Shown here: piece after piece, positions 58,503 to 64,000 of the stretch
Numbering within the stretch: the stretch's first letter is position 1
Layout of the letters: every line of letters starts with the position of its first letter
Assembly (NCBI GenBank): GCA_030625085.1
Contig: DAOURK010000008.1
Location: forward strand, 2,024-66,023
Length of the DNA stretch: 64,000 nt
Origin: Pseudomonadota bacterium
GTDB taxonomy: Bacteria > SZUA-182 > DTGQ01
Reading direction: 5' to 3'
Position numbers and translations under genes: made by a program
Notes under the pieces: model-generated
Database searches by the model: none
Told to the model about the DNA's origin: nothing
What the model saw: the letters and a program-made list of their open reading frames with translations, nothing else

Positions 58503-59534
58503 TCATTCCTTTAAAGCCAATTCTTTGATACTAATGCCGAATTTATTAAGCCATTGATAAAACTGTTTATTATTAATTTTTTTGGTTTTTTGAATAATTT
58601 TGCGTTTTTTTATCATCCTTGGAATCCCTAACAAGGCTTCCAAATTGGCTATTAACAATATCTTTATAAGCTGGGCTTTTGAAAATTCTTCTGTAAATTT
58701 TCCAGCAGCGCCTTTGCCGCATAAAGCGCCATAAGCCTGATATATATATCTAATTAAAGCGAAAAAGGGATTTAACAAAAGAAGGGGAAAGGGAAACAGC
58801 TTAACTGCCACCCATATCCGATTTCTTTCTACCAGTTTTGCTTTGAGGGGGGTGTATTTGCCCGCTGTGGCGGAATACATATGATATACAATAGCAGTTG
58901 GGATATAGAGGCATTGCCAATCCAGGAAACGACAACGCAGCCCCAACTCTGTATCATCACCATAGAGAAAAAAATCTTCATCAAAGGGGCCGGCTTCATC
59001 AATCGCTTCTTTACGATAAAAGGCAGCACATCCGCTGGGATAAAAGGCCTCTGCTATTTTATTATATTGCCCCTTATCCGGCTCCAATCTTCCTTTTCCT
59101 CTATTTAATCCATCATAATATAATAAATGCCCAATATTATCAATCATTTGGCGATCAAAATAAGATAATATCTTTGTTGCGCACATGCCCACTTTCGGGC
59201 TTTTGTTAATCCCTTTATATAATTCGGCTACACAATTAATATCCAGTTCCGTGTCATTATTTAATATAAATATATAGTTACCTCTGGCCGTCTTAATCCC
59301 GATATTGTTTCCCCCTCCGAATCCGAGATTTTTACTATTTTTGATTAATTTTACTTCAGGAAAATTTTTAGAGATGAAATCTGCAGAATCATCTGTAGAG
59401 CCATTATCCACAACAATAGTTTCAATATTGGGATATGATTGTTTCCTAATAGAAGGGAGACATACTTCCAGATATTTTCTGCCGTTCATATTAAGTGTGA
59501 TTATTGAAACCAAGGGTTGATTTAGTAATTTCAC
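58503..59534 (-). CDS. Glycosyltransferase family 2
   Basis: VVDNGSTDDS, NLGFGGGNN, LNNDT, FFLYGDDTELG. Confidence 0.92.
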   Translation of the reverse strand: MKLLNQPLVSIITLNMNGRKYLEVCLPSIRKQSYPNIETIVVDNGSTDDSADFISKNFPEVKLIKNSKNLGFGGGNNIGIKTARGNYIFILNNDTELDINCVAELYKGINKSPKVGMCATKILSYFDRQMIDNIGHLLYYDGLNRGKGRLEPDKGQYNKIAEAFYPSGCAAFYRKEAIDEAGPFDEDFFLYGDDTELGLRCRFLDWQCLYIPTAIVYHMYSATAGKYTPLKAKLVERNRIWVAVKLFPFPLLLLNPFFALIRYIYQAYGALCGKGAAGKFTEEFSKAQLIKILLIANLEALLGIPRMIKKRKIIQKTKKINNKQFYQWLNKFGISIKELALKE

Positions 59535-59897
59535 ATCATTATTTTCTATATTTTTTTAGGTATGTTCATTTGTTAACTTTAATTATGGGGATGTAAGCGA
59601 GTCAAAGCATTAACTATTTATTTGACCAAGGGAAAAAATCCTTTAGTAATTATATTGATAACACTTGATAAAATAACAAATTGCCCGCTGAAAGGCAAGT
59701 TGAAAGTATGGTTTCCAGATGATAAGGGCAAAGCTGAAATGAAAACTGCCTGCTAAAATAGATAGAATGCTTAAACCCATTTTTAAATTGATTTTTTCTT
59801 CCCATTTAGATACACTGACCTTGCTATTCATCAACTATCTCATATATTTATTAATGCTTTTTGTATAATTATCTATAGGAGCAAAGGAAAGCCAAAT

Positions 59898-62060
59898 TTG
59901 ATTAAAAAGAGAAAATTAAAGGCTTATGAACTGATTGCTGTTTCCGCCTTTATTTTAATGCTGCTGGCCTACAGTCTTCATCATATTTCCAACCTTGACT
60001 TCTGGCTTCATTTAAAGGCTGGGGAATGTATGGTCAAGGAGCTGAATATTATCAAGACCAATACCTTTTCCTATATTGCTGCTGATAATCCGTGGACCAA
60101 TGTCTACTGGCTATTCCAGGGCTTGATTTATATAATTTACTACCTGGGTGGTTTTGCAGGCTTGATTCTCTTTAAGGCTTTTATACTGCTTGTATCCTTC
60201 CTCTTCCTTTTTAAAACCATGAACCCGGAGGGCAATAAAAAATATCTTCTCTCTTTGTTCTGTCTTATACCGGCTGTCCTTGTAGCCAATGAAAGGTTTA
60301 TCATCAGGCCGGAATTGATGAGTTTGTTTTTTATCTGCCTTTATATCCATATCCTTTATAGATACCAAAAAGAGAATACCCGTTTGATTTACCTTTTGCC
60401 TTTCTTACAGATAATCTGGGCCAATATGCACGGGCTGGCTGTAATCGGAATTGGTTTGATCGGATTGTTTTTAGCAGGTGAATTGTTTACCTGGTTATGT
60501 CCCTTGCCCTTCAAATGGAAAGAAAGAAAAACAAATAGGGGGAAAAATTGCGGCCGCCTTTTTCTTGTCGGCGTCTTGGCGGCATTGGCTAGTCTGGTTA
60601 ATCCTTTCGGCACCAGGATAATTTCTCTTTACCTTGGTTTGCCGAAGGCCTTAATGGCTTCAGGTGCCGGTAGTGGCGGCTTTACCATGCCCCAGGTTAT
60701 TGAACTGCTGCCCCCATTAAAGGAAAATTTTTTATTTCCTACGCAAGTTGTTTTCTATTTTAAGATATTGCTTATCATCTCAGGCCTTAGTTTCCTTCTA
60801 AATATAAAAAAGATAAAACTTACTGATGTATTCATCTTTCTTTCTTTCCTTTATCTGGCCTTGCAGGCCAGGAGAAATCTACCTTTTTTTGCTGTTATCG
60901 CCGCAGTTATCATGTTTTTTAATCTGGCCGGTTTTTGGGAAGAGATTCATCCCCGGATGACATCTTTTTTTAAAGATAAGGCCAAGCTAAAAAAGGCCGC
61001 TTTTATCGGCTGTTATTTATTTATTACAGCAGCAATGCTGATATTTGCCTATGATGCCGCTTCAAACAGATATCATCTGCGTGATCGAAGCAACAAAAGG
61101 TTCGGGTTAGATATATCCCGAATCACCTATCCGGTAAAGGCCGTTGATTTTATTGAGGAACATCATCTTTCAGGCAATATGTTCAATAACATTGGAATAG
61201 GGGATTATCTTACCTTCAGGCTTTATCCGCAGCAGCGGGTTTTTCTGGATGGCCGTTTCGATATGGGAGGGAACAGCTTTTTATACCAATATGGCTCTCC
61301 TAAGCTATGGCCAATGTTAGTCAAAAGGTTTAATCTCAATTTTGCCGTCATAGAATATGGTTGGACACCCGGCGCCGGCGATTTAATGAAAAAATTATAT
61401 TATGATCCTGATTGGGCCATGATTTATTATGATGAGATTGCAGTCATTTATCTGAAAAATACTCCTGAAAATAAAGCACTCATAACCAAATTCAACATAG
61501 ATCTTTCTCAAGAAAAATCGCCAAAGGAAATTTCATCTCTTGATAATGGAGGTGGAGTATTGCAGAAGTTGTATTATAATTTGGTGCGGCCCAGGGATAT
61601 CCCTGTGGGCAGATTGCACCTGGGAAACTTTTATGCAATATTCAGCCTGTATGATAGGGCCATAGCCCAATATCAGCAATGTCTGGAAACAGCACCCGAT
61701 TATTTTGAGGCGCATTACAGATTAGGTGACGTTTTGCAAAAAATGAAACAATTTGAAAAGGCTGTTCATCCATATAATCAATGTATAAAAATCAAGCCGA
61801 ATTTTGCACAAGGTTATGCAGGGTTAGGTGATGTTTACTATTCTTTGCGCAACCTCCGGAAGGCCAAAAGTTATTATAAAACGGCCTTAAACATCAAACC
61901 GAAGCTTACCTCGGCCCATCAAAACCTTGGCTTTATATACATCCAGGAGGGTAAATACCGGGAAGCTGTGGCCGAATTTGAGTCGATTCTAAAAATAGAG
62001 CCGGACAATAAAATGGTGGCAAGGATTTATAATATTTATAAAAAAAAGCTAAGTGAATAG
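59898..62060 (+). CDS. Polytopic GT-C-like membrane protein with C-terminal TPRs
   Basis: DFWLHLKAGE in the first loop, RPEL, WANMHG, NPFG, FLDGR; multiple TMs; about 4 TPRs. Confidence 0.8.
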   Translation: MIKKRKLKAYELIAVSAFILMLLAYSLHHISNLDFWLHLKAGECMVKELNIIKTNTFSYIAADNPWTNVYWLFQGLIYIIYYLGGFAGLILFKAFILLVSFLFLFKTMNPEGNKKYLLSLFCLIPAVLVANERFIIRPELMSLFFICLYIHILYRYQKENTRLIYLLPFLQIIWANMHGLAVIGIGLIGLFLAGELFTWLCPLPFKWKERKTNRGKNCGRLFLVGVLAALASLVNPFGTRIISLYLGLPKALMASGAGSGGFTMPQVIELLPPLKENFLFPTQVVFYFKILLIISGLSFLLNIKKIKLTDVFIFLSFLYLALQARRNLPFFAVIAAVIMFFNLAGFWEEIHPRMTSFFKDKAKLKKAAFIGCYLFITAAMLIFAYDAASNRYHLRDRSNKRFGLDISRITYPVKAVDFIEEHHLSGNMFNNIGIGDYLTFRLYPQQRVFLDGRFDMGGNSFLYQYGSPKLWPMLVKRFNLNFAVIEYGWTPGAGDLMKKLYYDPDWAMIYYDEIAVIYLKNTPENKALITKFNIDLSQEKSPKEISSLDNGGGVLQKLYYNLVRPRDIPVGRLHLGNFYAIFSLYDRAIAQYQQCLETAPDYFEAHYRLGDVLQKMKQFEKAVHPYNQCIKIKPNFAQGYAGLGDVYYSLRNLRKAKSYYKTALNIKPKLTSAHQNLGFIYIQEGKYREAVAEFESILKIEPDNKMVARIYNIYKKKLSE

Positions 62061-62078
62061 TTTTCGCCAATACAATAT

Positions 62079-62813
62079 ATGAACAGGATCTTAACAATAA
62101 TTCCAGCTTATAATGAAGAAGAGAATATATCTAAGGTTATCGCCGAGATAAAAAATTATTGCCGGCAGACAGATATTATTGTTATTAATGATGGATCAGA
62201 AGATAAAACAGGCGACGTGGCCACATCTGCCGGGGCAGTAGTGATTGATTTGCCCTATAATATGGGCTATGGCGCCGCCTTGCAGACGGGGTTTAAATAT
62301 GCCTTAAGAAATAATTACCAATATGTTGTCCAGATAGATGGGGACGGACAGCATGAACCGGCGGATATTCCCCGGTTATTGGGTCCGGTGTTTTCAGGCG
62401 AAGCCGATGTGGTTGTCGGCTCACGATTTTTAGTTGCTAATAAATATAAGGCCCCCTTCTTCAGGAAGGTGGGCATGAAGATTTTTAGTTTTTTGGCTTC
62501 CATAATAACCAGGCGTAAGATTACAGACCCTACCTCGGGTTATCAGGCTTTAAATATTAATGGCCTTGAATTTTATGCCGGCGAATATTATCCGGCGGAT
62601 TTTCCTGACGCGGATGTAATTATTATGCTTCATCGGGTGGGACTGAAAGTGAAAGAAGTGCCGGTAGTGATGTATCAGCACCTCAGCAACAAATCCATGC
62701 ATGCGGGCCTAAAGCCGGTTTATTATATTTTTAAAATGTTTTTATCCATCTTTCTCACCTTATTGAGAAAGGATACCTTTGAAAAAAAGGTGGTAATGCC
62801 TGGTCAATTATAG
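62079..62813 (+). CDS. DPM1-like GT2 (polyprenol-phosphate sugar synthase)
   Basis: IPAYNEE, INDGSED, GYGAALQTG, DGDGQH, GSRF, TDPTSG. Confidence 0.9.
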   Translation: MNRILTIIPAYNEEENISKVIAEIKNYCRQTDIIVINDGSEDKTGDVATSAGAVVIDLPYNMGYGAALQTGFKYALRNNYQYVVQIDGDGQHEPADIPRLLGPVFSGEADVVVGSRFLVANKYKAPFFRKVGMKIFSFLASIITRRKITDPTSGYQALNINGLEFYAGEYYPADFPDADVIIMLHRVGLKVKEVPVVMYQHLSNKSMHAGLKPVYYIFKMFLSIFLTLLRKDTFEKKVVMPGQL

Positions 62814-62889
62814 GAGGGAGTAATCAGCGGCAGGCAGGCGGCCGTAAACGAACAGATGAAAGTTTTATTATATGGGAGGTTAAAAAAAA

Positions 62890-63252
62890 ATGCTTTTTAA
62901 ACAGAAAATATTTGCCCTTTTGATGCTTTTGGCTATTATTACCATTATTATTGAACTGGTGCGAAGAAGAAAATTACTGGAGGAATATTCCTGGTTATGG
63001 ATTCTGACCGGAACTGTTGTGGCCGTGCTTGTTGTCTGGTATGATCCCCTGGTTTTCATAAGCAAACTAATTGGCGCTGTTCTGCCGACTACAACTCTTT
63101 TTATATTCGGAATTATCTTTTTGTTGTTAATCTCTCTTCATTATTCAATTAAAATCTCAACACTTACTAATCAGGTAAAAAAACTTGCCCAGGAGTTAGC
63201 CATCCTGGACCAGGAATTAAGAGAGCAGGTCAGGGGTAATTCTGATGTTTAA
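62890..63252 (+). CDS. DUF2304 membrane protein
   Basis: ELVRRRKL.EEYS.LW, three TMs, SIKIS.L..QVKKLAQELA; typical partner of DPM1-like GT2. Confidence 0.85.
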   Translation: MLFKQKIFALLMLLAIITIIIELVRRRKLLEEYSWLWILTGTVVAVLVVWYDPLVFISKLIGAVLPTTTLFIFGIIFLLLISLHYSIKISTLTNQVKKLAQELAILDQELREQVRGNSDV

Positions 63253-64000
63253 GGCAATCTCCATGCTTTCGGAAAGGAAAAAAAATGTGCTGGCGGTTAT
63301 GTTGATAACTGCTTTGGCTTTTATTATTTATTCCAACAGCTTTGATTGTTCCTTCCATTTTGACGATCAGCACAGCATAGTAGAAAATTACCGCATACAA
63401 AGGTTTGACCTTAAAAAAATACTTCACACTAACAGACCGGTGCTCGAACTTACGCTGGCTGCAAACTATTATTTTGGAAAACTTAACGTTTTCGGCTATC
63501 ATCTGGTCAATCTTTTGTTACATATTTTTAATGGGATAATGGTCTATTTTATTCTGCTTTACACCTTAAAATCCCCGGTATTTTCAAAGGAGAAAAAGGT
63601 TAAATATGGGAGAGTGTCGATTTATGCGGCCCTGATTTTTATTGCCCACCCCATTCAAACTGAATCTGTTACTTATATCATAAGCAGATCTTCCGTATTA
63701 GCCACCTTTTTCTATCTTCTGACTCTTTTATTCTTTATTATGGCGCATCGTTTTGAGAAAGGTAAATCCGGCTACAGGAGATTTATGTTATATGCCGGCT
63801 GTATTATAGCTTCTATTCTCGGGATGGGGACAAAACCCATTGCAGCAACCTTACCGATAATGGTTATATTGTATGATTTTTATTTTGTTGCTGATGGGGA
63901 TATTAAAAAGACTGCCGGACGGTATAAATTTTATCTGCTGTTATTGCTCACAGTGTTTGTAGCCATTCATATTAATGTTCACGGACTCAATAAAAGCCTT
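63245..64000 (+). CDS. TMTC-like (GT-C) protein glycosyltransferase, partial (runs off the window)
   Basis: Hand translation from ATG 63245: YSNSFDCSFHFDDQHSIVEN, RPV..LTLAANY, GYHLVNLLLH, HPIQTESVTYIISR; absent from the ORF track because it has no stop in the window. Confidence 0.85.
   Translation, partial: MFKAISMLSERKKNVLAVMLITALAFIIYSNSFDCSFHFDDQHSIVENYRIQRFDLKKILHTNRPVLELTLAANYYFGKLNVFGYHLVNLLLHIFNGIMVYFILLYTLKSPVFSKEKKVKYGRVSIYAALIFIAHPIQTESVTYIISRSSVLATFFYLLTLLFFIMAHRFEKGKSGYRRFMLYAGCIIASILGMGTKPIAATLPIMVILYDFYFVADGDIKKTAGRYKFYLLLLLTVFVAIHINVHGLNKSL

Noticed and set aside
1..64000. CRISPR array, tRNA, rRNA, intact transposase or integrase
   Set aside because: No repeat-spacer periodicity, cloverleaf, rRNA signature or recombinase motif was seen

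Overview
Bacterial window (host not identifiable from the sequence; AT-rich intergenic DNA) in two parts. Bases ~0.5-39.3 kb are a very large extracellular-electron-transfer locus: 13 multiheme c-type cytochrome genes with about 147 hand-counted heme-binding motifs (141 CxxCH plus 6 wider CXnCH). A + strand operon encodes a CbcBA-like cytochrome c/cytochrome b quinone-interacting module, a triheme cytochrome, an NHL protein and a 28-heme repeat cytochrome. It converges on a ~26 kb minus-strand gene run: alternating NHL beta-propeller/OmcS-like cytochrome pairs, a 1768-aa OmcS-FN3-Ig fusion, an outer-membrane beta-barrel, three CsgG/PelC-like proteins, a pentaheme cytochrome, a HAMP protein, a PPIase, 26- and 16-heme cytochromes, a YVTN propeller lipoprotein and 14-/8-heme cytochromes. 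A divergent + strand unit with a sigma54-type promoter carries two more NHL/OmcS-like pairs. The layout resembles the Geobacter omcS companion cluster and the DIET cluster of ANME-partner sulfate reducers, but with five OmcS-like domains. Bases 39.5-64 kb are a glycosylation region: four detached TMTC-tail/TPR proteins, a more AT-rich surface-polysaccharide locus, a GT-C/TPR membrane protein, a DPM1-like GT2 with DUF2304, and a TMTC-like protein running off the window. Several REP/MITE-like palindromes and three pseudogenes are present. No CRISPR array, tRNA or rRNA was seen. All family assignments are from motif recognition, not database searches.
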